Source: Steroidobacteraceae bacterium
GTDB lineage: Bacteria; Pseudomonadota; Gammaproteobacteria; Steroidobacterales; Steroidobacteraceae
Assembly (NCBI GenBank): GCA_049694695.1
Contig: JBAVRE010000352.1
Coordinates: forward strand, 1 to 49,591
Reading direction: 5' to 3'
DNA: 49,591 nt
Below the pieces are notes generated by a model. That model had not been told where the DNA came from, did no database searches, and was given only the letters and a program-made list of their open reading frames with translations. Within the stretch, counting starts at the first letter, position 1. Each line of letters begins with the position of its first letter. This document shows positions 17,527 through 27,247 of the stretch, in pieces. A program made the position numbers and the translations under genes.

Positions 17527-19208
17527 AACTTCGCGCCAGCCTCACAGCTGCCGCGCTGCTCACCGCGCTGGCGAACTTCGCGTCGGCGGCGCCAGCGCCG
17601 GCAACGCCTGCGCACGCGGCCGTGTCGAGCGCGCACCCGGCGGCGAGTGCTGCGGGGCTTGAAGTGCTGCGTGCCGGCGGCAACGCATTCGACGCGGCGG
17701 TGGCGATCAGTGCTGCGCTGGCAGTGGTTGAACCCACAGGCTCCGGCCTCACGGGCGGCGGCATCTATCTTCTGCATCGCGCGAGCGATGGTTTCGAGAC
17801 TGCGATCGATGCGCGCGAATTCGCACCGGCTGCGGCCACGCGCGACATGTTCCTCGATGCCCATGGCGAACCGGTGCCGGGGCTGTCCACCGACAGCGCA
17901 CTGGGCGCCGGCATTCCCGGCGAGCCCGCCGGCATGGCCCTGCTGGCCACGCGTTACGGCAAATTGCCGGTCGCGCAGAGCCTGGCGCCCGCGATACGCC
18001 TGGCGCGTAGCGGCTTCCCGCTATCCACGCATCTGCGCGAAGCGCTGCAGCGGCGGCTGGCGCAATTTGCCGCCGACCCCGAGGTGGCGCGTAATTTTCT
18101 GCGCCACGGCGCGGTGCCGCCCGCCGGCACGCTTATCCGCCAGCCGGAACTGGCCGCGCTACTCGAACAGCTGGCGCGTCACGGGCTGGACGCTTTCTAT
18201 CACGGCGAGCTCGCCGAAAAACTCGTCGCTGGCGTGCGCGCCCAGGGCGGCATCTGGAGTGAGGCTGACCTGGCCGCGTACCGTGCGATCGAGCGCCCGC
18301 CGATCGTCGGTCAGTATCGCGGCGCGCGCGTGGTCTCGGCGCCGCCGCCCAGCTCCGGTGGCATCGCGCTGATAGAAGCGCTGAATATTCTCGCGCAGCA
18401 GCCGCTGGCCACCAGCGATAGCGTTACCCGCAAGCATTTCATCATCGAGGCGATGCGTCGCGCGCATCGTGATCGCGCCATGTACCTGGGCGATCCTGAT
18501 TTCGTCAGCGTGCCGGCTGCGCGGCTGACCAGCCCCGACTACGCCGCCGGTCTGGCCGCTTCGATCCGCGATGACCGGGCGACGCCGAGCAGTACGCTGC
18601 CCGGCATCGGCGCCGGTGCCGCGGCGGGTCCGCAGACCACGCACTTTTCGGTACTAGACCGCGACGGCAATCGCGTGGCCGCGACCATCACGCTCAACTT
18701 CGGCTTCGGCTCCGGGCGCATGATCAAGGGCACCGGCTTGTTCCTCAACAACGAGATGGACGATTTCTCGATGAAGCCCGGTGTGCCCAATGGTTACGGC
18801 CTGGTCGGGGCCGATGCCAACGCCATCGCGCCCCGCAAGCGCATGCTCTCCTCGGTCACGCCAGCCTTCGTGGATGCCGGTGATCGCATGATGATCACCG
18901 GTTCGCCAGGCGGCAGCCTGATCATCGGCATGGTGCTGCTGGCCACGCTCGACTTTCTGGACGGACACAGCGCGGTCGAGATCGCCGCCGCGCCACGCAT
19001 TCATCATCAGTATCTGCCCGATGTGGTGCGCTACGAACCCGGCGCGCTCAGCGACGCTGAAATCGCCGCACTCAAGGCACGCGGCGATACGCTGGTGAGC
19101 AGCAGCTGGCGCTGGGGCAATCTGCAGACCATCATCTGGAATCGCAGCACTGGCGCAGTCGAAGCGGCCGCCGACCCGCGCGGCGAAGGCGCGGGCCTTG
19201 TCGACTAG
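17523..19208 (+). CDS. ggt: gamma-glutamyltransferase (periplasmic, Ntn-hydrolase)
   Basis: It has a signal peptide and the autoprocessing Thr context (PQTTHFSVLDRDGN). GSPGGS is present near the C-terminus. It has an ATGA overlap with coaD. Confidence 0.9.
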   Translation: MKLRASLTAAALLTALANFASAAPAPATPAHAAVSSAHPAASAAGLEVLRAGGNAFDAAVAISAALAVVEPTGSGLTGGGIYLLHRASDGFETAIDAREFAPAAATRDMFLDAHGEPVPGLSTDSALGAGIPGEPAGMALLATRYGKLPVAQSLAPAIRLARSGFPLSTHLREALQRRLAQFAADPEVARNFLRHGAVPPAGTLIRQPELAALLEQLARHGLDAFYHGELAEKLVAGVRAQGGIWSEADLAAYRAIERPPIVGQYRGARVVSAPPPSSGGIALIEALNILAQQPLATSDSVTRKHFIIEAMRRAHRDRAMYLGDPDFVSVPAARLTSPDYAAGLAASIRDDRATPSSTLPGIGAGAAAGPQTTHFSVLDRDGNRVAATITLNFGFGSGRMIKGTGLFLNNEMDDFSMKPGVPNGYGLVGADANAIAPRKRMLSSVTPAFVDAGDRMMITGSPGGSLIIGMVLLATLDFLDGHSAVEIAAAPRIHHQYLPDVVRYEPGALSDAEIAALKARGDTLVSSSWRWGNLQTIIWNRSTGAVEAAADPRGEGAGLVD

Positions 19209-19233
19209 CTGTGTTTGATCCGAGGCACGCACC

Positions 19234-19512
19234 ATGACCAAGGCCTTCTCGAGCGACTGGGAACTCACGATCGACCTGCCCCTGGGGGTCGTGGCCAGTC
19301 AGCTGATGCGAATCGAGGAGCAGTTGCGGCTCCTGAACATGAAGGCCGCGGATCTCGTGAAGGAGCGCGACAGCGGGCGCCGCAACGGGGCAATTTCGGT
19401 CCGGCTCGAGCACATCAACAAAGCGCTCGATTCGATCAGGGCCCTCATGGCGGATATCGAAACCGATATCGACGCTACGCGTCGCAAGCCGTACCCCGAG
19501 CGGGATGACTGA
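19234..19512 (+). CDS. hypothetical small helical/coiled-coil protein (92 aa)
   Basis: GAGG lies 9 nt upstream of the ATG. GC3 is high. The sequence is heptad-like (IEEQLRLLNMKAADLVKE...INKALDSIRALMADIE). I recognise no family. Confidence 0.5.
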   Translation: MTKAFSSDWELTIDLPLGVVASQLMRIEEQLRLLNMKAADLVKERDSGRRNGAISVRLEHINKALDSIRALMADIETDIDATRRKPYPERDD

Positions 19513-19544
19513 GTCCCGGTCGGCGAACTTCCAGGATCCGAGGT

Positions 19545-20315
19545 ATGGCAGTCTGGGACCCCAATCAATACCTGCGATTCTCTGATGAGAGAGTGCAGCC
19601 TGCGATCGACCTGCTGAGCCGGATTCCGCTGGCGGCTCCGCGGCGCATCTTCGATCTGGGCTGCGGCACTGGCAACGTGACGCGCCTGTTGCGGGATCGA
19701 TGGCCTGAGGCAATCATTACCGGCGTTGATGGTTCTGCGGCCATGATCGATCGAGCTGCACAAGAGCAACCCGGCGTCGATTGGATCTGCCAGGACCTGG
19801 CAAGCTGGACACCGCCTGCGAGTGCCGATCTGATCTTCTCCAACGCCGCGTTGCATTGGCTGCCCCGGCACGACGAGCTGTTGCCACGTCTGCTCTCGTA
19901 CCTTCAGCCTGGTGGAGCGCTCGCCGTCCAGATGCCGCGCAACTTCTCCGCACCATCGCATACGCTCATCGGCGCAACCGCCCGGGCGGGCAGCTGGCGA
20001 TCCCGGCTTGAGCCGCTGCTGCGTGCCAGCCCGGTCGACTCGCCGTCGAACTACTACCAGCTGCTGGAACCGTTTACCCGTTCGGTAGTGCTGTGGGAGA
20101 CCGAATATCTGCACGCGTTGTCGGGCACTGACCCGGTCAAGGAATGGACCAAGGGGACCTGGCTAAAGCCAGTACTCGATGCCCTTGAGGCGCCTGATCG
20201 ACCATTATTCGAGGCCGAATACGCTCGACTCCTGCGCCTCGCCTACCCGGTATCGGCCAGTGGCATTACGCTGTTTCCGTTCAAGCGCATGTTCCTGATC
20301 GCCCGCCGCAGCTAG
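19545..20315 (+). CDS. tam: trans-aconitate 2-methyltransferase-like SAM-dependent methyltransferase
   Basis: The N-terminus WDPNQYLRF.DER..P..DLL is characteristic of Tam. The SAM motif is DLGCGTGN. Confidence 0.8.
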   Translation: MAVWDPNQYLRFSDERVQPAIDLLSRIPLAAPRRIFDLGCGTGNVTRLLRDRWPEAIITGVDGSAAMIDRAAQEQPGVDWICQDLASWTPPASADLIFSNAALHWLPRHDELLPRLLSYLQPGGALAVQMPRNFSAPSHTLIGATARAGSWRSRLEPLLRASPVDSPSNYYQLLEPFTRSVVLWETEYLHALSGTDPVKEWTKGTWLKPVLDALEAPDRPLFEAEYARLLRLAYPVSASGITLFPFKRMFLIARRS

Positions 20316-20344
20316 TGTCCTGATCCAGCCCGCAGATTCGCTGG

Positions 20345-21133
20345 TTACCCTGACTTGAGGCGCGACTTCGGCTTGCGCGACCGGGATTTCACGGCAGGCG
20401 CGCGCTGCTTCTGAATCGCAACCCGCGGTGCGCGCGGCGCACGCGGCAGCCTGCCCTCGCGCGACAGATCGACCGCACGCCACAGGTACCAGGCCGCCAT
20501 CGAGCTATGCGGGTGCCAGCGTGCGCCGAATTCCGCCAGTGCCCGCGGGGTCGGCAGCCCCTTGAGCCCGTAGGCCAGACGAAACCCGTTGCGCACGCCG
20601 AAATCGTCAATCGGCAGCACGCTGGGCCGGCCGAGCTGGAACATCAGCATCATCTGCACTGTCCATGGGCCGATGCCGCGCACCTGGGTCAGGCGCTCGA
20701 TGATGTGCGCGTCCTCGAGCGCTACCAGCTCGGCGGACGTGGGCACCACGCCGTTCTGCGTCTTCTCGGCAAGATCGCGCAGTGCGCGGATCTTTGCGAA
20801 GGAGAAGCCTGCGGCGCGCAGCGCTGCATCATCGGTAGCCAGCAATGCTGCGGGATCCGGAAATGCCGCCGGCGCGTACAGCGCCACGAAGCGGGCGAGT
20901 ATGCGCGCCGCTACCGCGCCGTTGAGCTGCTGGTGCGCAATGCTCGAGGCCAGCGATTCAAAGGGCGTGCGCTCGAGCCGCGCGTGCATGGTGCAGGGAC
21001 CGGCGGCGGCGATGAGCCGTGCCATCACCGGATCGCACGCGGCCAGCGAGCGCTCGCGCCGGCGCATCGCCGCGCGTTGGCGCGCCGCCAGGCTGGTGCG
21101 CGCCGGCGCTTTGCCCGTGGCAGCTGCGCTCAT
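20345..21133 (-). CDS. DNA-3-methyladenine glycosylase II family (HhH-GPD, AlkA-like) with a basic C-terminal tail
   Basis: The HhH motif is VRGIGPWTVQMMLMF and the catalytic Asp context is LPIDDFGVRNG. ATG 21131-21133 overlaps the mutM TGA (ATGA). A GTG at 21142 is an alternative start. Confidence 0.8.
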   Translation of the reverse strand: MSAAATGKAPARTSLAARQRAAMRRRERSLAACDPVMARLIAAAGPCTMHARLERTPFESLASSIAHQQLNGAVAARILARFVALYAPAAFPDPAALLATDDAALRAAGFSFAKIRALRDLAEKTQNGVVPTSAELVALEDAHIIERLTQVRGIGPWTVQMMLMFQLGRPSVLPIDDFGVRNGFRLAYGLKGLPTPRALAEFGARWHPHSSMAAWYLWRAVDLSREGRLPRAPRAPRVAIQKQRAPAVKSRSRKPKSRLKSG

Positions 21134-21945
21134 TGCTGGCACTCCGGACAGTAATACGTGGAGCGCTGTCCCTGAGTGATGTGCCGCACCGGCGTGCGGC
21201 AGCGCCGGCAGGGCGCGCCGGCGCGTTCGTACACATAGAGCTTCACGGCGAATTCGCCGGGCATGCCTGCGGCATTCACGTAGTCGCGCAATGTGGTGCC
21301 ACCGGCGCGTATAGCCGAACCCAGCACGCGGCGGATGGCGGCTGCCAGGCGCGTGCTCTCTGCGGGTTTCAGCGAGCGTGCGCTGCGGCGCGGACGGATG
21401 CGGGCGCGAAACAGCGCTTCACTGGCGTAGATATTGCCGACCCCGGTGATCAGCCGGCCGTTGAGCAGCAGGGTCTTGATGGCCACGCGGCGCCGGCGCG
21501 TAACCCGATGCATGTACGCGCCGTCGAAGCCGCCCTGCAATGGTTCGGGGGCGAGTTTCGCCAGCAGCGGGTGCTGCTGCGGATCGCCGCTGGTGTACAG
21601 GCAGCAGCCGAAGCGGCGCGGATCATTGAAGCGCAGCGCCGCGCCTGAATCGAGCCACAGGTCGAGGTGATCGTGGGCTTTAAGCGGGCTGCGCTGCGGC
21701 AGTACCCGGAGCGATCCGGACATGCCAAGGTGCATGATCAGGGTTCCGCGCGTGAGGCGTATCAGCAGGTATTTTGCGCGCCGCTCAACGCCCTGCACCT
21801 GTTGGCCGCGCAGCAGCCCGGGGAGCTTTGGATCCACTGGCCAGCGCAGCCGCGCATTGTGCACGTGCAGCGCGCGAACGATGCGGCCCTGGAGATGCGG
21901 CTCGATGCCGCGGCGTGTGGTTTCGACTTCAGGCAGCTCAGGCAC
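21130..21945 (-). CDS. mutM: formamidopyrimidine-DNA glycosylase
   Basis: The N-terminal MPELPEVE is present. The C-terminus has a zinc finger (CRRCRTPVRHITQGQRSTYYCPECQ). Confidence 0.95.
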   Translation of the reverse strand: MPELPEVETTRRGIEPHLQGRIVRALHVHNARLRWPVDPKLPGLLRGQQVQGVERRAKYLLIRLTRGTLIMHLGMSGSLRVLPQRSPLKAHDHLDLWLDSGAALRFNDPRRFGCCLYTSGDPQQHPLLAKLAPEPLQGGFDGAYMHRVTRRRRVAIKTLLLNGRLITGVGNIYASEALFRARIRPRRSARSLKPAESTRLAAAIRRVLGSAIRAGGTTLRDYVNAAGMPGEFAVKLYVYERAGAPCRRCRTPVRHITQGQRSTYYCPECQQ

Positions 21946-21980
21946 GGTGCCCGTCCTCGCGGCCCGTTCTGACGCCGGCG

Positions 21981-22136
21981 CTACTTGATCTTGGTTTCTT
22001 TGTAGGCGACGTGCTTGCGCACTTTCGGATCGTACTTCTGCATCTCCATCTTTTCCGGATGCAGGCGCTTGTTCTTCATCGCCACGTAGAAATGGCCGGT
22101 GCCGGCCGAGGAGAGCAGTTTCACTTTTTCGCGCAT
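21981..22136 (-). CDS. rpmG: 50S ribosomal protein L33 (absent from the ORF track, 51 aa)
   Basis: My hand translation is [51 protein letters not shown]. It closely parallels E. coli L33 and lies directly downstream of rpmB. Confidence 0.92.
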   Translation of the reverse strand: MREKVKLLSSAGTGHFYVAMKNKRLHPEKMEMQKYDPKVRKHVAYKETKIK

Positions 22137-22164
22137 GGCTGCAGGACCTACAATTCAGAAGACT

Positions 22165-22401
22165 TCAGATGTGCTCGCCGCGGCCGCGAAGCTCGGCGAC
22201 CACGGCTTCGATGCCGTTCTTGTCGATGGTGCGCAGGCCGTTGCCCGATACCCGCAGGCTGATCCAGCGCTTTTCGCCTTCCAGCCAGAACCGCTGCGTA
22301 TGCAGGTTCGGCAGGAAGCGGCGACGCACGCGATTATTGGCGTGCGAGACGGTATTGCCCGACACGGGGCGCTTACCTGTGATCTGACAGACGCGCGACA
22401 T
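22165..22401 (-). CDS. rpmB: 50S ribosomal protein L28
   Basis: [33 protein letters not shown] is the canonical L28 N-terminus. Confidence 0.95.
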   Translation of the reverse strand: MSRVCQITGKRPVSGNTVSHANNRVRRRFLPNLHTQRFWLEGEKRWISLRVSGNGLRTIDKNGIEAVVAELRGRGEHI

Positions 22402-22493
22402 GAGAGTAATCCTTGTAAATCAATAACTTGATATTGTGCTTCGCCGCCACGAGGCAGGGGCGAAGGGCGGGCTTTATACCAGCCCGGCGCGCC

Positions 22494-23276
22494 TCAGTCT
22501 ATAGGCACGCCAATGATGGCCTTGAGGATCAGCCGATCCGGGTTGGTTCCGTAGCCCACGCCCGCTCCCAGGTTCAGTTCCCAGCGCCCCATGGATTTAT
22601 CCAGCACGACGAAGCCGGCCTGCTCGCTATTGCCGAGGTGTCCCGGTGAGCGCAGCTCGCCCATGCCGTTGAAGCTTTCGATGCCAAGGGAGGCGCCGTT
22701 GCCGATGCCGTGCATCAGTTTCGTCGCCAGCTCGAAAGTAGCCGGACTCGCCTCGGGGCCCGAGACCTTGAAACCCACATTGGCGTTGAAGGCCAGCGTC
22801 CACGGGCCGCTACGCGTGCCGGCGATCCCCTTGAGTTCACCGTTTACAGGGTTCGCGTCGAGACGGTGATTCACACGGCCGAGCTCCAGATTTGCGCCCC
22901 AGAACCAACTGTTCTCCGGCGCCCTGGGTGCGATGTATTTCAGGCGAAACTTGATGCCGCCCAGGTCCAGCTGGCCGTCCCGGTCCAGTGTCGCCAGCGG
23001 CAAGTAGACGCCCAGCTCCAATGATTTTGTGAGGCCATAGGCAAACTCGGGCGTGACCCGCAGTCGATGCAGGGAGGGCTGATTGCCGGGGTAGTCGACG
23101 ACCAGGTCGCCACTCGCCACGTAGCTGGTGTGGACGTCGAGTCCGAACTCGCCGGGCTTGCCCAGTTCGTCCATGTAGACCTGGATTTCTTCGTCGGCGC
23201 CGAACGCGGCGCCGCAGGCCAGGGCAGCTATCGTGGTCAGGGCCAGTGTAATTGATGGGTGTGTGCGCGTGATCAT
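22494..23276 (-). CDS. outer-membrane beta-barrel protein (MetA-pathway / 'transporter' family-like)
   Basis: It has a signal peptide and alternating-hydrophobicity strands. The first strand motif (EIQVYMDELGKPGEFGLDVHTSYV) resembles Phenol_MetA_deg-type barrels. Confidence 0.55.
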   Translation of the reverse strand: MITRTHPSITLALTTIAALACGAAFGADEEIQVYMDELGKPGEFGLDVHTSYVASGDLVVDYPGNQPSLHRLRVTPEFAYGLTKSLELGVYLPLATLDRDGQLDLGGIKFRLKYIAPRAPENSWFWGANLELGRVNHRLDANPVNGELKGIAGTRSGPWTLAFNANVGFKVSGPEASPATFELATKLMHGIGNGASLGIESFNGMGELRSPGHLGNSEQAGFVVLDKSMGRWELNLGAGVGYGTNPDRLILKAIIGVPID

Positions 23277-23339
23277 CCGCGCACCATGCCGAATTGCCGG
23301 AATGAGGTCAATGGTCGCTGCGGGCAGCGCCGGCGCGAT

Positions 23340-24017
23340 TTACAGCAGTCCGCGCTCGGCAAACGAAAGGCAGCCGTTGTCGCCCACAATGCAATGATCG
23401 AGCACGCGGATATCGACCAGCGCCAGCGCCTCACGCAGCCGGCGCGTGATGAGCTCATCGGCCTGGCTGGGTTCGGCCACACCCGAAGGGTGGTTGTGCG
23501 CGAGAATTACTGCCGCAGCGTTGCGGCCCAGGGCCTGCTTGACCACCTCGCGTGGGTGCACGCTCGCGCCATCTATCGTGCCGCGAAACAGTTCGTCGAA
23601 GGCGATCAGTCGATGACGGTTGTCGAGATGCAGGCAGCAGAACAGCTCATGCGGCTGGTCGCGCAAGCGCGCGATGAGAAAGCGATGGGTAGCCGCAGGA
23701 GAATCGAGCAGCGGGCCGGTGCGCAGCGCCTCGGCGTAGTGGCGGCGTGCCAGTTCGAGCGCAGCCTGCAGGCGACAGTACCCGGCCGCGCCCAGGCCGC
23801 GCAGCCCCAGCAACGCGGCCCGATCAGCACTGAGCAGTTCCCGCAGCGAATGATGCGCACCCAGCAGCGAGCGGGCGAGGTCCACCACATTGCTGCCGCG
23901 CAGGCCGGAGCCGCCCAGCAGCAGGGCCAGCAGCTCGGCGTCGGAAAGCACCGCGGCGCCGGCGGCCAGCAGTTTTTCGCGCGGGCGCTCGGCCACTGGC
24001 CAGTCTCGCAGATTCAT
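23340..24017 (-). CDS. radC: RadC-family JAB/MPN-domain protein
   Basis: The N-terminus is [22 protein letters not shown]. The JAMM motif is [13 protein letters not shown]...PS.AD. ATG 24015-24017 was chosen over the longer track ORF. Confidence 0.9.
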   Translation of the reverse strand: MNLRDWPVAERPREKLLAAGAAVLSDAELLALLLGGSGLRGSNVVDLARSLLGAHHSLRELLSADRAALLGLRGLGAAGYCRLQAALELARRHYAEALRTGPLLDSPAATHRFLIARLRDQPHELFCCLHLDNRHRLIAFDELFRGTIDGASVHPREVVKQALGRNAAAVILAHNHPSGVAEPSQADELITRRLREALALVDIRVLDHCIVGDNGCLSFAERGLL

Positions 24018-24139
24018 GTGAGGTGCTTCACATCCGCTGATGGATCGGGCGCTCATTGTTCCCCGACATGGCCTGCGGGTGTGATCGTCATATCAGCCGG
24101 GCATGGCACGAAACAGCTCTATTGACCGATAATGTGGCT

Positions 24140-25378
24140 ATGCGTGGCAAACACGTCATTCTGGGCGTAAGCGGCGGCATCGCTGCCTACAAGAGCGCTG
24201 AACTGGTGCGTCGGCTCATTGAGCGCGGCGCCGAAGTGCAGGTGGTCATGACTGCGGCTGCCCGCGAATTCATCACCGCCCTTACTTTCCAGGCGCTCTC
24301 CGGTCGCGCGGTACGCGAGAGTCTGTGGGATCCGGCCGCCGAAGCGGCCATGGGTCATATCGAACTGGCGCGCTGGGCTGATCTGGTGCTGGTCGCACCC
24401 GCCAGCGCCGATTTTCTCGCGCGCCTGGCCGGTGGCCGCGCCGATGATCTGCTCGCCACCCTGTGCCTGGCAACCAGCGCGCCGCTGGTCGTGGCGCCGG
24501 CAATGAATCAGCAGATGTGGCTCAACGTCGCAACCCAGGCCAATGTCGCCACGCTCAGCAGTCGCGGCGTGCGCCTGCTCGGGCCTGCCAGCGGCGATCA
24601 GGCCTGTGGCGACGTGGGTCCCGGGCGCATGCTCGAGGCGGTGGAGATCGCCGATCTGATCGAGCCACTGCTGGCTGATCCGGGTCCGCTCAACGGCAAG
24701 CGTGTGCTTATTACCGCCGGCCCGACCCGTGAGTGCATCGATCCGGTGCGCTTCGTGAGCAATCGCAGTTCCGGAAAAATGGGCTTCGCACTGGCGCAGG
24801 CCATGCGTGCCGCCGGCGCCGAAGTGGTGCTGGTGAGCGGGCCGGTGTCATTGAGTACGCCCGCTGGCGTACGCCGCATCAACGTCGAGAGCGCGGCACA
24901 GATGTACGAGGCGGTGCAACAGGAACTGGCCGGCACGGCGGTGTTCATCGCCACGGCCGCCGTGGCTGACTACCGGCCCATCGAGATCGCGCCGCGCAAG
25001 ATCAAGAAACGCAACGAGCAGCTGAGCGTTGCCATGACACGCACCACGGATATCCTCGCGACCGTCGCCGCGCGCCCGGATCGGCCCTTCGTGGTCGGCT
25101 TTGCGGCCGAGACCGACAACGTCGAACAGCACGCCCTGGAAAAACTGCTGCGCAAGAATCTCGACATGATCGCCGCCAACGAAGTCAGCAGTTGCAAGGC
25201 GTTCGACTGCGATGACAACGCGCTGCTGGTGCTGGCGCGCGACGGTGGGCGGGTCGAGTTGCCGCAGGCTTCGAAACGCGAGCTGGCCAGCGCACTGGTG
25301 GCCCTGATCGCCGAGCGGCTGGCGACGGCGTGCTGCGCCGCTACGCCGGCGGCGCTGCCGGCCAGCAAACGTCAGTGA
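24140..25378 (+). CDS. coaBC: bifunctional phosphopantothenoylcysteine decarboxylase / phosphopantothenate-cysteine ligase
   Basis: [16 protein letters not shown] is the flavoprotein N-terminus. PAMN and ITAGPT.E.IDPVR.ISN.SSGKMG are CoaB motifs. The start is at ATG 24140. Confidence 0.93.
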   Translation: MRGKHVILGVSGGIAAYKSAELVRRLIERGAEVQVVMTAAAREFITALTFQALSGRAVRESLWDPAAEAAMGHIELARWADLVLVAPASADFLARLAGGRADDLLATLCLATSAPLVVAPAMNQQMWLNVATQANVATLSSRGVRLLGPASGDQACGDVGPGRMLEAVEIADLIEPLLADPGPLNGKRVLITAGPTRECIDPVRFVSNRSSGKMGFALAQAMRAAGAEVVLVSGPVSLSTPAGVRRINVESAAQMYEAVQQELAGTAVFIATAAVADYRPIEIAPRKIKKRNEQLSVAMTRTTDILATVAARPDRPFVVGFAAETDNVEQHALEKLLRKNLDMIAANEVSSCKAFDCDDNALLVLARDGGRVELPQASKRELASALVALIAERLATACCAATPAALPASKRQ

Positions 25379-25845
25379 GCGCGCCGCAACTGCGTGCGCT
25401 GCAGGTGCGCATCCTCGATGCGCGCATCGGCAACGAATTTCCCCTGCCGGCCTATGCCACCAGCGGTTCGGCGGGGCTGGATCTGCGCGCCTGCGTGGCG
25501 GCGCCACTGACGCTGCAGCCTGGCCAGGCGGAGCTGATCTCGACCGGCCTCGCCATCCATGTCGCCGATCCGGCGCTCGCGGCGGTGATCCTGCCGCGTT
25601 CGGGGCTAGGCCATAAACACGGCCTGGTGCTGGGCAATCTCGTCGGGCTGATAGATTCCGATTACCAGGGGCCGCTCATGGTCTCGTGCTGGAACCGCAG
25701 CAGCGTTGCCTATACGGTGCAACCCGGTGAGCGCATTGCCCAACTGGTGCTCATCAACGTGGTGCAGGTTGAGCTGCAGGTGGTGGCGCAGTTTGGCGCT
25801 TCGGAGCGCGGCGCTGGCGGCTTCGGGCACAGCGGCAGATCCTGA
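25375..25845 (+). CDS. dut: dUTP diphosphatase
   Basis: The start is GTG at 25375, overlapping the coaBC TGA (GTGA). The motifs are [24 protein letters not shown] and ERG.GGFG.SG. Confidence 0.93.
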   Translation: MSAPQLRALQVRILDARIGNEFPLPAYATSGSAGLDLRACVAAPLTLQPGQAELISTGLAIHVADPALAAVILPRSGLGHKHGLVLGNLVGLIDSDYQGPLMVSCWNRSSVAYTVQPGERIAQLVLINVVQVELQVVAQFGASERGAGGFGHSGRS

Positions 25846-25848
25846 ACT

Positions 25849-26484
25849 TCAGCCGCTTGAGTTGGCCGTCAACTCGCGATAGCGCGCGATATCCGACTCA
25901 AACTGAGTGCGCACAGTAGTCTGCTCTTTGGTGCGATTATCAAGTGCCCGCTGCTGCGTACGCACGTCATTGGAAGCGCGCACCAGTTCCTCAGTGAGAT
26001 CATCAGGCATGCGCCGGGCGTCCGGTTTGGTGTTGTATGGCTTGAAGTGCATGGCGCGCGCCTGCAGGGCCGCGAGTCGCGTCTGCAGCAGTTCTATATA
26101 GGCGTTGGTTGCCTTGATCTGGCCGTTGACCTGATTGAGCCGCTCGTCGCGCAGCCGCTCGATATCCTTGGTCGAGGTGTAGGTGGTGAGCAGAAAGCGA
26201 TCATGCTGCGCACGCTGCGCAATCTCCTGCTCGCGGTGGCGCTGCTCGGCCTGCTGCTGCGCGTTCTTGAGCGCCTCGATATGCTGCACTTCGATGCCCT
26301 GGGAATTGAGCACACGCCGCTCGGCTTGCGCGTATTCGGGCGGCACGGCATCGCCGTAGTGGCGCTCACCGTTCCTGTCGACCCAGCTGTAATTGTGATT
26401 CTTGCCCGGTTCGGCCGCCCACGCCGGCGCCGTGCTGGCGGCCCATAGCAGCGCAAAACCGGCAATGCCCAACGACCATTTCAT
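25849..26484 (-). CDS. DUF4124-domain periplasmic protein with a coiled-coil C-terminal region
   Basis: The signal peptide is MKWSLGIAGFALLWAASTAPAWA. The segment YSWVDRNGERHYGD fits DUF4124. A long Q/E/R-rich helical segment follows. Confidence 0.7.
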   Translation of the reverse strand: MKWSLGIAGFALLWAASTAPAWAAEPGKNHNYSWVDRNGERHYGDAVPPEYAQAERRVLNSQGIEVQHIEALKNAQQQAEQRHREQEIAQRAQHDRFLLTTYTSTKDIERLRDERLNQVNGQIKATNAYIELLQTRLAALQARAMHFKPYNTKPDARRMPDDLTEELVRASNDVRTQQRALDNRTKEQTTVRTQFESDIARYRELTANSSG

Positions 26485-26567
26485 TATGTCAGTCACTCCA
26501 CCGGCAATCCTGCCGGCCCATTGTCCACGCCCCGCGATCCAGAGCAAGGGACACGCGCCTCAAAGCC

Positions 26568-27224
26568 CTAATCTGCGACTCCGTACTGCTCCCGGTAGGC
26601 GCGCAGGGCGGCCAGCTGGCCGGGAGCCAGGGCCACCTGCCCCGGTACCGCCAGCGCCTCGATCAACCCATCCAGAGTGAGAATGCTTACGCATTGCAAC
26701 CCAAACTGCGAACTCACTTCCTGCACGGCCGATTGCGCCCCCAGTCCGCGCTCCTGTCGATCCAGCGCCAGTGCCACGGCTACCGGTTGGGCGCCCAGCG
26801 AGCGGATAAGTTCTATGGATTCGCGCACCGCAGTGCCCGCGGTGATCACATCGTCGACAATCACCACCCGTCCCTGCAGCGCTCTGCCGACAATCAGGCC
26901 CGCCTCGCCGTGATCCTTGGCCTCCTTGCGATTGAAGGCCCAGGGGAGGTTGCGTCCATGGTGTTCGGCATAGGCCATGGCGCAGGCGGCCACCAGCGGA
27001 ATGCCCTTGTAGGCCGGGCCGAACAGCTGATCGAAAGCCAGGCCCGAAGCCGCCAGCGCCGCCGCGTAGCAGCGCCCCAGGCGGGCCAGCGAGGCGCCAT
27101 CGTTGAACAGGCCGGCGTTGAAAAAATACGGGCTCACGCGCCCTGATTTGAGTTTGAATTCGCCAAATCGCAGGGCCTGGCGTTCGAGCGCCAGGGCGAG
27201 AAAATCCCGCTGGTAATCGTGCAT
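26568..27224 (-). CDS. pyrE: orotate phosphoribosyltransferase
   Basis: YQRDFL..AL....[17 protein letters not shown] parallels E. coli PyrE. The PRPP loop is [13 protein letters not shown]. Confidence 0.95.
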   Translation of the reverse strand: MHDYQRDFLALALERQALRFGEFKLKSGRVSPYFFNAGLFNDGASLARLGRCYAAALAASGLAFDQLFGPAYKGIPLVAACAMAYAEHHGRNLPWAFNRKEAKDHGEAGLIVGRALQGRVVIVDDVITAGTAVRESIELIRSLGAQPVAVALALDRQERGLGAQSAVQEVSSQFGLQCVSILTLDGLIEALAVPGQVALAPGQLAALRAYREQYGVAD

Positions 27225-27247
27225 GCGCGGCAGGCTATCATGTCGCC

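Noticed and set aside
23340-24017. radC as a marker of a mobile element or defence island.
   Set aside because: Here it sits in the conserved housekeeping arrangement, divergent from coaBC-dut and upstream of rpmBG. Its GC3 is core-like and it has no phage or integrase neighbours.
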